Positions 40,321-50,454 of a stretch of DNA of 64,000 bases are shown here, in pieces; the first letter of the stretch is position 1, and each line of letters opens with the position of its first letter. Source of the stretch: an uncultured bacterium (GTDB lineage: Bacteria; Patescibacteriota; Minisyncoccia; Phycocordibacterales; Phycocordibacteraceae). The notes beneath the pieces were generated by a model. It did not search any database. It worked only from the letters and a program-made list of their open reading frames with translations, and had not been told where the DNA came from. The DNA is taken from contig CAWKPH010000002.1 of assembly GCA_963851445.1 (NCBI GenBank), positions 102,183 through 166,182 of the forward strand, read 5' to 3'. Made by a program: the position numbers and the translations under genes.

Positions 40321-41439
40321 CTATTCGCCAGGAGGCTCAAGCGTCATATCATTCATTGGGCCGAAGATGGTTTTACGTTCACCATCCTCAACGCGCCCGA
40401 CTTCGTGGGCTTCGTATCCCGTTATTTGTGCGATTCGTATGACCCTCTCGACTTCGCTTGCCGGAACGAAGATATAGTAACCGATGCCCCAGTTAAAGGT
40501 CGTCACGCAATCCCTGTCCGAGACACCAATTTCCTGCATGAAGCGGAAGAGCGTCGGCACTTCGGGCCAGGTATGGATGCGATAGGTGTGCGGGCGATGG
40601 TCAAACGAGATTTTAGCCACACCACTTCCAGTTCCCGGCAGAAGTGCGTGAATATCAATTTCCATCGTGAGCAGAGTTTCGACGAGTCTCACATAGCAGC
40701 GTGTCGGGATAAGCGCCTCTTCACCGAGCGTATTGCCGTTGGGCAATTTTGTAAGGAATTTGTCGGGCAACCCCAGTGCTCGTTTGATGACAAGCGATAC
40801 GCCATTAGCGTGAAGTCCGGAAGAGGTAACGCCAACGATTCGATCGCCTGTCGAAAGCTTCGTGCCATCGATAAGATTCCTGTTCGGCGCGATGAGGCCG
40901 GTGACACAACCACTAAGTGATGGGGCACTTGTGACGGGTTCCTGCGCTCGAATCAGATATTTGAGTGCAGGGGATTCACCAGCGACGAGCGCCATACCGG
41001 ACATCTCGCAGGCATCGTAGAAACCCTGAGCAAGATCTTCGGCGCGCTTTACATCCTGGAACCATTCGCTGTCTCCTGCAGCCACCTCGTCGACGTACGC
41101 AACAGGCATGGCGCCTTGAGCGATACAATCGTTGACCGCCATCATCGCGGTATCGATGCCGATGCCGCGATAGCGAGGATTGCCAGTCCCGTCGAATTGA
41201 TACATCCATTCGGCAATCCAGTTCTTGTTGCCGAGACCTTCGAGGGTATTGCACCAAGAATGAGAATGCCCGCCTTCGTACCGGAAGATTCCTCCATGCG
41301 AATGGAGCGCACTTGTATTTATGAACACCTGGCGGGCCCTCGGGAAGTGGGCAGTACGCCTGGCGGTCGCGATCATCGCAGCCTTGAAGGGCCCGATTTT
41401 GTCATAATCGACTCCTGCGTTCGCATATTCGCCTTGCAT
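40321..41439 (-). CDS. purM: Phosphoribosylformylglycinamidine cyclo-ligase (AIR synthase)
   Basis: YANAGVD, MAVNDCIAQGAMP, LVAGES, SSGLHANG, TFNWGIG. Confidence 0.9.
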   Translation of the reverse strand: MQGEYANAGVDYDKIGPFKAAMIATARRTAHFPRARQVFINTSALHSHGGIFRYEGGHSHSWCNTLEGLGNKNWIAEWMYQFDGTGNPRYRGIGIDTAMMAVNDCIAQGAMPVAYVDEVAAGDSEWFQDVKRAEDLAQGFYDACEMSGMALVAGESPALKYLIRAQEPVTSAPSLSGCVTGLIAPNRNLIDGTKLSTGDRIVGVTSSGLHANGVSLVIKRALGLPDKFLTKLPNGNTLGEEALIPTRCYVRLVETLLTMEIDIHALLPGTGSGVAKISFDHRPHTYRIHTWPEVPTLFRFMQEIGVSDRDCVTTFNWGIGYYIFVPASEVERVIRIAQITGYEAHEVGRVEDGERKTIFGPMNDMTLEPPGE

Positions 41440-41613
41440 TTTCGCTCTCCTCTAGGGGTTGGTGGACTAATTTGTGCGATCTTGGCTTATCCTACAGAAG
41501 CTCACAAAGATAACAAGCGATTAACGTTTATCCATGGTAGGTTATTCCTAGACGAGCACCTTTGCGGGTGCTTTGTTGTTTGTCAATCTGCAGCCAATAG
41601 AGGAGATGCTGCC

Positions 41614-42645
41614 ATGTTGATCCGACTCTATCGTCGACTCCCTGGTCAGTACGACCTCGAGGAATGCTTCTATTTTGAATTCGCGGAGATGCCCGAACCT
41701 TCTGAGCTTGCGCTCTTGAGGTGGCTCATCGCTGAATCTTCGGAAGATGTCAGACATCATTCACACCTTCAAGGTGACGTGGTCGAGGTCGGTCCGCGGC
41801 TGTCAGTCGAGACCCCATTCTCTTCGAATGCGGTCGGCATCTGTCAGTCGATGGGCGTTCCCGTGCTACGGATCGAAAAATCTACACGGTATCCGGCTCA
41901 CAAGCCTGACTCTGTGAAGATCGATCCGCTCACGCAAGAAATCTATCCCGAGCCACTCACTACGTTTGGTTTGGGACACGACCCCGAACCCGTGCTCATC
42001 ATTCCGATTCTCCAAGACGGTGAGAAGGTGCTCGTCGCCGCAAACATCGTTCTGGGTCTTGGTATGGATACGGAAGACATCAAGTACTACACTCAGATGT
42101 TCCTCGGGCTCGGCCGCAACCCAACCGATGTCGAATTATTCCAGATCGGCAACGGAAACTCCGAACATAGTCGTCACCATTTTTTCCGCGGCATTCAAAT
42201 TATCGACGGTGTCCGGATGTCTGAGAGCTTGATGGATATTGTGAAAGCGGCCTGGAAAGCAAATCCGAACAATAGCCTGGTCGCGTTCCATGACAACAGC
42301 GGCGTGATTGAGGGGTGCGAGGTGCCCGTTCTGCTTCCGAGTAGACCTGGTCATCCTTCCTCCTTCTACATCGCGCCTATCATGCTCCACAAAACTATCA
42401 CCGCGGAGACACACAACCATCCAACGCTCATCGCACCATTCCCCGGTGCCAACACTGGCAGTGGGGGACGAATTCGCGATAACCGTGCGGTCGGTCGACA
42501 TCTCGCTATGATGCCGCATCCTGAACGGTGTTTCCTCCCGTGGCAGTGGCCATGGATGCCTGAAACGTGGCGTGCCACAATGAAGGTCTCTCCATGGTTG
42601 CAGATGTTCCAAAATGCGCGTACCTGGTGCCTTGAGCACTCGTAA
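41614..42645 (+). pseudogene. purL: FGAM synthase PurL with a large in-frame internal deletion
   Basis: N-terminal PurL motifs (EVGPRL, RNPTDVEL, NSEHSRH, FHDNS, AETHNHPT, GGRIRD) joined directly to the terminal glutaminase motif GRHLAMMPHPER...SPWLQMFQNA; only 343 aa. Confidence 0.85.
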
Positions 42646-42653
42646 GTGTAAAT

Positions 42654-42687
42654 GCCCCCGTCCGATTCGTTGGACGGGGGTTTCTTT
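42654..42687 (+). terminator. Intrinsic terminator after purL
   Basis: CCCCCGTCC...GGACGGGGG followed by TTTCTTT. Confidence 0.8.
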
Positions 42688-42732
42688 AATAACAGTCGAT
42701 GTACATGAAATTGAAACTGATACACTAACTCT

Positions 42733-43230
42733 ATGCTTATCCTCCTCACGGGTCTTCCTGGTACTGGCAAGAGCACCATAGCGAATCTGCTTGCCGAAAA
42801 AACAGGAGGGTTAGTTATAAACTCAGATACTCTTCGTAAGGAGTTATTTCCAGTTAAAAGAACCTACTCTTCGATTGAAACTGGTATCGTCATTCAGGAA
42901 ACCGAGCGACTCGTTAGAGAAGCTCTCTTAGAAAACAAGACCGTCATTCTCGATGCGCTGTTCACTAAACAGGATGCACGCGATAAATATCAAAAATTGG
43001 CTCAAGAGTTGAAGGTTAGTTTTAAAGTGATTCTTGTCGGGGCACCTGAATCTCTTATCAAAGAGAGGTTGGATGAACGTTCCTTAGTCAATGACTCAAG
43101 TGAAGCAACCTTTGAAATCTATCTTGATAGAAAGAAGCATTTTGAAGCAGTGAATGGGGAACACCTAACTATTACAAACGAGGGAAGCCTCGAAGACCTG
43201 CGCACAAAGGTTGATGGTTTGAAAGTATAA
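42733..43230 (+). CDS. P-loop kinase (AAA_33-like)
   Basis: LTGLPGTGKST, SDTLRKEL, VILDALF. Confidence 0.85.
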   Translation: MLILLTGLPGTGKSTIANLLAEKTGGLVINSDTLRKELFPVKRTYSSIETGIVIQETERLVREALLENKTVILDALFTKQDARDKYQKLAQELKVSFKVILVGAPESLIKERLDERSLVNDSSEATFEIYLDRKKHFEAVNGEHLTITNEGSLEDLRTKVDGLKV

Positions 43231-43299
43231 AAAGAAACCACCTCCTTCGCACGAGACGAAGGAGGTGTTCCTTTCGTCTCGCCGAAGTGGCGGTTAGTG

Positions 43300-43686
43300 T
43301 TACTTCAGCTCCGCGGGCGGCGGTGCAACCTCGCACATTCCGCCCTCGCTTCCTGGCTCATCCTGCGCCCGCATGAGTCCCGTGCAGGCAAAAGGGAGAG
43401 AAGGCACCGGCGTCGATGAGTTGACGCTGGTGTCGAAGACGGCGCCGTGGACGACGTCGTACGTCGAGTGGGTGCCACTGGAACTCGTCACGTTGATGGT
43501 GAGGGTGCAGGGGTCGAAGCGGTTTTGGCATGCGCCGAGGATGAACGCGTCCGTGGCAGCTGTCTCGGCCGCGGCTCGGGCTGCGGTGGCAACCTTGGTG
43601 GCTTGGTAGCTTTCGATCGAAAAGCCGCCCGCCCCGCCGACGATGACCCCGATCACGAGGGCTGCAGCGATATTTCGGTTATTCAT
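43300..43686 (-). CDS. Hypothetical exported protein with 4 Cys
   Basis: Start MNNRNIAAALVIGVIVGGAGG after AGAGG; TTGACA (TGTCAA 43753) upstream; terminator hairpin near 43238-43267. Confidence 0.65.
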   Translation of the reverse strand: MNNRNIAAALVIGVIVGGAGGFSIESYQATKVATAARAAAETAATDAFILGACQNRFDPCTLTINVTSSSGTHSTYDVVHGAVFDTSVNSSTPVPSLPFACTGLMRAQDEPGSEGGMCEVAPPPAELK

Positions 43687-43878
43687 CTGGAAACCTCTTT
43701 CTGGTGGGAACAAAAAATACTTCAAAAACAAGTTAACATGAATGTATAAAATTGTCAAGTTATCGACAACCCGAGAGCGGCTTTGGTTGTAATAAAAGAG
43801 AAATGAATATAAAAAAGAGGCAGTTCGAAAACTGCCCCTGTGCTCTTGATCGCAAACGATTCTCGCGGAGCCGCTGAA

Positions 43879-44403
43879 CTAGGCGAAGAGTAGTACACCT
43901 CGCTCTTCGAGCATCTGTCGATGCTTAGCCATAAATTCCCGACTCCGTACCAGCTCGTAAAATTTACCGACGGTGAAGAAAGTTGGTTCCTCACCTTCAT
44001 TCTCAGGGTGATATGAGTTCATCCAGTCACGTTCAGATTCGGTTATGCTTGCGATGAACAGAATGTCCCAGTACGGGCCGTCACGCCCATGCCGCTGCCA
44101 GCTCCCTGCGTATTCCAATTGCTCAGGGGTGGCATGAATACCTGTTTCGCCCTCAAGCTCCCTTAGGGCAGTTTGAAGCGGATTTTCATGTGGCTTTTTG
44201 TGCCCGGCCGCGAGCTTGTACTTCGGGTCGGGCCGCTCTGGTTCGATGACGAGTACGTACCCGCAGGGTAGAAAACTGGTCTCCTCCTCGGATATGACCC
44301 CCAGAGGCGAAGAGCGGTTGTCCGGGTAGACCCGGACAAATATAAGAGAACTCCAGGCATCCTCTGGGCGGATGCCATAGCTCTCATAATCAAAGTTAGT
44401 CAC
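43879..44403 (-). CDS. NUDIX hydrolase
   Basis: Nudix box GHKKPHENPLQTALRELEGETGI; GGAGG before the GTG start. Confidence 0.85.
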   Translation of the reverse strand: MTNFDYESYGIRPEDAWSSLIFVRVYPDNRSSPLGVISEEETSFLPCGYVLVIEPERPDPKYKLAAGHKKPHENPLQTALRELEGETGIHATPEQLEYAGSWQRHGRDGPYWDILFIASITESERDWMNSYHPENEGEEPTFFTVGKFYELVRSREFMAKHRQMLEERGVLLFA

Positions 44404-44587
44404 CTCGCACCTCCGTGCTTTTCATTACGAAGCGCAAATGTCTGCTTCTGAATTTACTATGCAGTATTTCTCAATTAAAGTCAAATTCAGAGGCAATGAA
44501 CAGCATTTGGACTTGAAATAAGTCTGATACCAAATTACAACCCACATCTAATCACTTGACAAGGGGTGCATACCATGTAATGATGCT

Positions 44588-44850
44588 GAGGCACGTTGCC
44601 TGCCGATCGAATCGTCGCGCCCGAACAGGCGCTTGTCGGCTCGCTGGGGGCGTGCTGCACCGCCGGGCCTTAGGAAACTGTGGCCCAAAAATCAACAGCG
44701 CTCATTGCGCTAGCTCATTTAGGGATCTGTATCCGGTGATCATCGTGTGAGTCTGAACACCAGAACTCACCATGGCAGTGAACATCCAAAATTGCGAGGC
44801 ATAGGCCGGAGAAGATCACAACTCGATCCTCCGGCCTTTCGCATTTGTTT
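44588..44850 (+). ncRNA. Candidate structured non-coding RNA
   Basis: TTGACA at 44556, a run of hairpins including a GAAA-capped stem, terminator at 44793-44850, and no convincing ORF. Confidence 0.4.
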
Positions 44851-44883
44851 TAATAAAATACGTTCTTGTATACGGTACTCGAC

Positions 44884-45309
44884 CTATTTCTTTGCAACCA
44901 CGCTGTTATGAATTTCTTCGGTTAGATCGTTATTAATCTTGATTAATCGATGAAGTTCGTCTTGTATTTTTAGAAGCGACTCAGCATCTTTATAGGTTTG
45001 CAAGGCCTGTTTGTCTGAGGCTCGCGCCGCAATCATCTGTCCAACAATAATTATTGGTAAAAGAACGAGCTGAAGAAAATTTGATGAGAGCCAATTAATA
45101 AAGACCGTGAAGGAATGAGCACCTATCGCCTGTGGAAGGGCAACAAATGCTATCAAGGCAAAAATGTATGCACAATACATCGTCCCGACAGCGTTCGTTA
45201 TGAACATTGCGACACGGCCATTAAAACCAAGCTGCTCATGCCTGGTGAGGTGGGGTCCTGATTTCTCTCGCTCTGCGATCCTAGGATTTGGTATATGTTC
45301 AGTTTTCAT
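44884..45309 (-). CDS. DUF1003-like membrane protein
   Basis: NGRVAMFIT..VGTMYCAY, WLSSNFLQLVLLPIIIVGQ, coiled-coil tail. Confidence 0.75.
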   Translation of the reverse strand: MKTEHIPNPRIAEREKSGPHLTRHEQLGFNGRVAMFITNAVGTMYCAYIFALIAFVALPQAIGAHSFTVFINWLSSNFLQLVLLPIIIVGQMIAARASDKQALQTYKDAESLLKIQDELHRLIKINNDLTEEIHNSVVAKK

Positions 45310-45415
45310 ACACCTAATGATATACCGAAAATACTCCTAGTTTGTGAGAAAAATTCACACTTGGTATAAAAGAAGAAGCTTACGTCCCTGTGGATTTCAG
45401 CTTCTCATTTGGCGT

Positions 45416-45700
45416 TCAACCAGCGGGCACATATGCGGCGATGATTTTGTGGTTGGGGTCATCAGGATTGCTCATGACACGATCGAAAGTGCGCATTGCA
45501 TCTCGTTGAACAAAGGCTTGTCCTGCGGCGTCCACCAGTGTTCGTCCATACCCACAAATGTCAGCAGTGCCGGAATTCATCTTGTCGATATAGCCCTTCT
45601 TTCCTGGAAGACGGACTAGGAAGGGGCTAAGGCAGTTGGGATTGTGCTCAACGACATAAGTGCTCTGGGTGAGTCTTTCAAGTACTTCTGGCTCTGTCAT
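45416..45700 (-). CDS. Hypothetical protein
   Basis: 94 aa, AAGGA upstream, hairpin downstream. Confidence 0.6.
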   Translation of the reverse strand: MTEPEVLERLTQSTYVVEHNPNCLSPFLVRLPGKKGYIDKMNSGTADICGYGRTLVDAAGQAFVQRDAMRTFDRVMSNPDDPNHKIIAAYVPAG

Positions 45701-45769
45701 TTCAAAATTCCTTCAGGTCAAACTCTAATGACATAGTATATAAAACCAAAAGAAATACTACTTTTTCGC

Positions 45770-45799
45770 TGGCCCCGCGTCGCGTATGAGCTTAGAACT
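45770..45799 (+). repeat. Cassette-boundary motif copy 1
   Basis: TGGCCCCGCGTCGCGTATGAGCTTAGAACT (reads WPRVAYELRT). Confidence 0.75.
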
Positions 45800-45866
45800 T
45801 ATTTGCTATAAAAAGAGCTGACATGCGGACGAAGACTCGTCGTTATGCCAGCCCTGCTAATGCCGT

Positions 45867-46151
45867 TTACTCAACCACTCGTAGAGGGGGCCGCGGAACA
45901 TCTTCAGCCACGCTGCCTTTGCCCCATTCGAGGTGAAAGTAGAACTCCCGAGTGTCGTCCACGGGCTTCCCCTGAAATACGAAGACGCCGTGCCTTCCGT
46001 CGTATTTCAGGCACCACCCGTTTGCAAATACTCTGCGCTCGGGCAGACCGCCAGCCACCGTGAAGCAATTGGTTTCAACAGGTGGTGTGAACTGATAATC
46101 CCGCCCCGGAACGAATCTCTCTTGGATGGGTCCGTCTTTTTCGGTAGCCAT
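45867..46151 (-). CDS. Hypothetical protein
   Basis: Start MATEKDGP after AGGAGG; TTGACA (TGTCAA 46203) upstream. Confidence 0.65.
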   Translation of the reverse strand: MATEKDGPIQERFVPGRDYQFTPPVETNCFTVAGGLPERRVFANGWCLKYDGRHGVFVFQGKPVDDTREFYFHLEWGKGSVAEDVPRPPLRVVE

Positions 46152-46513
46152 GAAATACAACCTCCTTTGAGCTAATCATATTAAACCTAATTGACTTGTA
46201 TGTGTCAAGATTCTGGCATGATGTTACGCCGCGTTTAACTCAGGAATGAGTGCCATCGCAAGGCCCAAGATCTTCTCGAGATATTCGCTCAGCAAACAAA
46301 ACCTCCCCCTGTTCATCATAAAAAATCTTATCGACTGAGTATCGATGATATACTGCCATTGCATTCAAGGACTCTCTCGCTCTGTGATCCGTCCTCATGG
46401 ATCTCTAGTATCTCAAGTTCTAGGTTTCGGTATGCCGGCGGTCTTTCGCCACCTTCATTACTCTCTTTCAATGGTTGTTTGGGAAGTCCCTCAGATATAG
46501 AATCACTTTAACA

Positions 46514-46543
46514 TTGAATCTTAGTGTGTATGAGGTTAGAATT
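46514..46543 (+). repeat. Cassette-boundary motif copy 2
   Basis: ...GTGTATGAGGTTAGAATT. Confidence 0.75.
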
Positions 46544-46679
46544 TTGATACAAACGGAGCACACAACGCTGCCCTCTACTCAAGGATTATTTAGGGTTAAA
46601 TATATTTTGACAAAATAGATTAAATGTATTATTTTGCTGCCAGAGAATCAACCCTGGACCAAGCATGGAAGGCTAAACA

Positions 46680-47612
46680 ATGGGGCTCGAAATAGTCATT
46701 GCTACTGCAATTGTATTGTTTCTCGTTTTGATTTTTTCACACATTTTGAGTCGGAAGAAGAAGCCCACAAAAAGCTCATCCGGCCAACTTGAGCCGTACG
46801 TTCAACGTGCTGAACTTGCGCCTCTTCCGCCACCCCGAGTTCTGGCATCGGCGTCCGCACCTGCTGCCCCGGCGATTTCACTGAACGAGGAACCATCCAC
46901 CAAGTCTGATGTGACCGAACAGGAATTGAGAAATCGTCTCTTCCGCGCAACAACGGAGGAGGAGTGTGCCGAGATCTACCACCAAGCCCCTTACGGGAGT
47001 GCTCTCGAGCGTGATGCCGTGAAGCGTCTCGACGGCTTCCTGCTGCAGCGTCTTGCAGCAGCCACTACGGTGGATGAGTGCGAGGAGATATGGAAAGATC
47101 ACCTCTCGGACGACAGCTCCATCGAAACTAGGGTTGACGACATGATCATTGCAATCCTCACGGGCGATCTCGCAACCGCAACGACGGTGGATGAGTGCGA
47201 GGAAATCTACGAACGCATTCCCAGCGACAACTTCGAGGAAAAGGGAAGTCTGGGCAAAAGCGTTGTCCTCAAAATGCTTGAACTTTCGACGACTAACGAG
47301 ATGTGCATCGATCTTTTCAACTACCTCGAAAATGACGAGATCGACAACGAGTTGTATGACAAGATTCTTCGAAAGGCGCTCGAGCTTGCCGAAACTTCGG
47401 ACGAATGTGGCGAAGTTGAAGCTCACTCATCGGAAGATTTTGGACCAGACGAGGATGAAGTTGGCCAACGCAAAGTCGAACTGGCGGAAACGCTCGAAGA
47501 ATGTATCGACATCTGGGAAGCCTGCGACGACACTGACAGTGTTGTGTATCGGGCAGCAATCTGCAAAGCGGCTGATATGATCCGAGCTGAGCAGGCAAAT
47601 ACAAAACAGTAA
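46680..47612 (+). CDS. Membrane-anchored acidic helical-repeat protein
   Basis: N-terminal TM helix, Pro/Ala linker, six repeats of [AS][TE]Tx[DE][EM]Cx[ED][ILV]; TTGACA at 46607; hairpin ACCGCC/GGCGGT downstream. Confidence 0.75.
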   Translation: MGLEIVIATAIVLFLVLIFSHILSRKKKPTKSSSGQLEPYVQRAELAPLPPPRVLASASAPAAPAISLNEEPSTKSDVTEQELRNRLFRATTEEECAEIYHQAPYGSALERDAVKRLDGFLLQRLAAATTVDECEEIWKDHLSDDSSIETRVDDMIIAILTGDLATATTVDECEEIYERIPSDNFEEKGSLGKSVVLKMLELSTTNEMCIDLFNYLENDEIDNELYDKILRKALELAETSDECGEVEAHSSEDFGPDEDEVGQRKVELAETLEECIDIWEACDDTDSVVYRAAICKAADMIRAEQANTKQ

Positions 47613-47814
47613 TTAATCGCATTGAACAATTGGTTGATGCGAGAAATATACGCGACCGCCTCTCAAATTAGGGGCGGTTTTCTTTAATAAAAACAGCAAA
47701 TTTTGCAATACACTCCGATATTGACATAGCACCTATATATGTGTTATTTTTTTGGCACTCTGGAATCGTCTGGAGAGCTCTTACTCAACATAGAATCAAC
47801 AAAGGATTTGCTCA

Positions 47815-49716
47815 ATGCAGCAGTTCATCGACGCGACACTCCCCTGGGGAGGGCTGGCGATCGCCTTACTGGTAATCGTCCTCCTCTGGAGGTTCGTCGC
47901 ACGCCTGTTCGGCGTCATCATCGTCTCCAAGAACCAACTCGCTATCGTCACCAAGAAGTTCCGTCTGTTCGGCGTCAATCGAATCTTGCCTGACGGCAAG
48001 CTGATCGCTCTGAACGGCGAAGCCGGCATCCAGGCCGACACCCTCGCGCCGGGGCTCTATATGGGCTACTGGCCGTGGCAGTACGAGATCGAAATGCGCG
48101 AGGTCATCACCATCGGCGCCGGCCAAGTCGGCGTCGTGGAAGCTCGCGACGGCAAACCGATCACGAACGGCCGCATCTTCGCGAGCCGCGTCGAGTCGGA
48201 CTCGTTCCAGAGCGCTGCTCTCTTTCTCAAAAACGGAGGTCAGCGCGGGCCACAGATCGACATTCTGACTCCAGGAACCTGGCGCATCAATACCCAGCTC
48301 TTCACGGTCAAGCTCGCCGGCGCGGTTCACATTCCCGACAAGATGGTCGGCATCGTGACTACCCAGGACGGCGAGCCTCTCCCGACCGGCGAAATTGCCG
48401 GCAGGGAAGTGCCAGGGCATCACAGCTTCCAAGACGCGCAAGCGTTCGTGGATGCGCGTGGCAACAAGGGTCTCCAGGAGCAGGTGCTCCTCGCGGGCTC
48501 CTACTACCTCAATCCTGACTTTGTCACGGTCGAGGTGGTGCCGATGACCGAAGTTCCCATCGGCTACGTGGGCGTCGTCATCGCCCGTGTCGGCGCCGCT
48601 CCTTCGGCCTCAGAACAGGAAGATGGGGTTCAGGCCGGACACGCCAACATCGTCCGCAAGGGCGAGAAGGGCGTGTGGGATACCCCATACGATCCGGGAC
48701 TCTATCCTATCAACCCGGACACGCACGTGGTCAGGCTCGTTCCGACGACGAACATCGTTCTGCAGTGGGCCAATACGAAATCCGCTGCACACGATCTCGA
48801 CAAGGAGCTTTCGCCGATCACCGTGCGTTCGGGCGACGGCTTCACGTTCAGTCTGGACGTCGGTCAGATGATTCATATCTCGCCGTCGAAGGCCTCAGCG
48901 GTCATCGCCCGGTTCGGGAGCATGGAGAATCTGGTCACACAAGTTCTGGAGCCCCTCGTCGGGAACTACTTCAGGATCAGCGCCCAGAAGTCGGACGTCA
49001 TCGAGTTCCTGCGGAATCGTTCAGAACGTCAGAGCGAGGCCAACCAGGCCATCGTCACGGCGCTTGCTGGACACCACGTGGAGGCAGGCGATACGTTCAT
49101 CGGCGACATCGTTCCTCCGGCGGAACTGATGGCTACGCTCACCGCCCGAAAGGTCGCTGAGCAGCAAACCATCACGTACGGCATCGAAAAGGATGCGGAG
49201 ACCGCTCGCCAGGATCTGACCGAGGCTACTGCTTTGGCCGACACTCGTGCGTCTGTGGTTACGGCCCAGCGCGGCGTGGAAATCGCCGAGCTTGACGCCC
49301 AGTCCGCGGTGAAGAAGGCGGGTGGTCAAGGACAGTCGATGATCATCGTCGCCGACGCCAACGCCCACGTCACGAAAGTGACCGGCGAAGCCGAAGCCGG
49401 CAAGATCCAAGCCATCGGCACCGCCGAGGCCTCGGTTCAGACGGCTAAGGTGGAGAGTATCGGCGCTGAGCCCTACGCTCGGATCATGGTGGCCACGCAA
49501 CTTGCCGAACACGGGATCAAACTCGTGCCGGAAATCATGGTCGCTGGTGGTGGCGATGCACAAGGCAGTGGCGGCATCATCGCCGCCCTGATCGGCACTA
49601 TGCTGAAGGACAGGCTTGCTGAGCGCCCTGGCTCCGCTTCGACTTCCGAACCTGCTCCGGCAGCTTCGATCGCCCCAGCGACGCCCGCCAGTGCCGACAG
49701 GTCCACGGGCAACTAA
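47815..49716 (+). CDS. SPFH/band 7 (flotillin-like) protein
   Basis: TM helix; repeated GxQxxxLxPGxYxIN motifs; ITVRSGDGFTF; AxAEA coiled-coil tail; own TTGACA at 47721 and own terminator. Confidence 0.88.
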   Translation: MQQFIDATLPWGGLAIALLVIVLLWRFVARLFGVIIVSKNQLAIVTKKFRLFGVNRILPDGKLIALNGEAGIQADTLAPGLYMGYWPWQYEIEMREVITIGAGQVGVVEARDGKPITNGRIFASRVESDSFQSAALFLKNGGQRGPQIDILTPGTWRINTQLFTVKLAGAVHIPDKMVGIVTTQDGEPLPTGEIAGREVPGHHSFQDAQAFVDARGNKGLQEQVLLAGSYYLNPDFVTVEVVPMTEVPIGYVGVVIARVGAAPSASEQEDGVQAGHANIVRKGEKGVWDTPYDPGLYPINPDTHVVRLVPTTNIVLQWANTKSAAHDLDKELSPITVRSGDGFTFSLDVGQMIHISPSKASAVIARFGSMENLVTQVLEPLVGNYFRISAQKSDVIEFLRNRSERQSEANQAIVTALAGHHVEAGDTFIGDIVPPAELMATLTARKVAEQQTITYGIEKDAETARQDLTEATALADTRASVVTAQRGVEIAELDAQSAVKKAGGQGQSMIIVADANAHVTKVTGEAEAGKIQAIGTAEASVQTAKVESIGAEPYARIMVATQLAEHGIKLVPEIMVAGGGDAQGSGGIIAALIGTMLKDRLAERPGSASTSEPAPAASIAPATPASADRSTGN

Positions 49717-49826
49717 GTCCTTTCGTTCTACTTGTTTGAAGTGTTCTTTTGGGCGGTTTGCAATATTTGCAGACCGCCCTTTTTCTTTTCTATTAATTCT
49801 TTGAAAGCTTACTAATACTTCCAGCT

Positions 49827-49856
49827 ACCACTAAAATCTTTTGTGAGGTTAGAATC
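49827..49856 (+). repeat. Cassette-boundary motif copy 3
   Basis: ...TGTGAGGTTAGAATC followed by TGGGTGGTATAA. Confidence 0.65.
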
Positions 49857-49948
49857 TGGGTGGTATAAGAATTGACAAATCTACCATATTAGTGTATAAA
49901 GCACCTGTCCTCGTACGTTGCCATTTCAACCAACCAAAGGAGCCCGCA

Positions 49949-50296
49949 ATGGGCATTAATTTTTCTATTCAAGTCGTCAGTCTCGTTGATGACCAGGAGA
50001 GCCCGATCGTGTGGGCGTATCCATTCTTTGATCTGTACGAGAAGTGGACCTCACTTGCTCGGCAGCTTAAAGAGCTTCGCCAAGAAGCTCCTACCCACTA
50101 CCAGTGGAGCAGAAATGGAAGTCATCAACCGATTCGCAAGTATGTTGGGGATCGGAATCTAATCCGACCCGAACAACTCGCAAATCTCGACTTTGGAGGC
50201 GCGAGTAACGCTTTCATCGACATCCTACGAACCATCGCAAGGTGGTCTGGAGAGGAGTACGCTCTCATTGTGGGATTCGACGACGAACAGAATTAA
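49949..50296 (+). CDS. Hypothetical protein
   Basis: AAGGAG upstream of ATG 49949; TTGACA at 49872; two hairpins downstream. Confidence 0.6.
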   Translation: MGINFSIQVVSLVDDQESPIVWAYPFFDLYEKWTSLARQLKELRQEAPTHYQWSRNGSHQPIRKYVGDRNLIRPEQLANLDFGGASNAFIDILRTIARWSGEEYALIVGFDDEQN

Positions 50297-50424
50297 CCGT
50301 TATGGTGATCCAGGGAAGCGGTGACGCTCCCTGGACTCTCCAAAACTGGCATCAGTACTTTTTATTGAATTTGGCACAGGACATGGACACAAGGGGACGA
50401 GGCGCTAATACAGCGACTCGTCCC

Positions 50425-50454
50425 CTTTCTCGTCCCGTGTATGAATTTAGAACT
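50425..50454 (+). repeat. Cassette-boundary motif copy 4
   Basis: ...CGTCCCGTGTATGAATTTAGAACT; supplies the TAA stop of the minus-strand gene 50447-51472. Confidence 0.75.

Noticed and set aside
41116-41613. N-terminal 166 aa of the 509-aa ORF in the track
   Set aside because: It overlaps purM on the opposite strand; the SD-led ATG at 41614 is the plausible purL start.
39660-45370. Very degenerate motif-like strings near 39660, 42700, 44528 and 45344
   Set aside because: Positions fit unit borders but similarity is too weak to call by eye; PWM scoring is needed.
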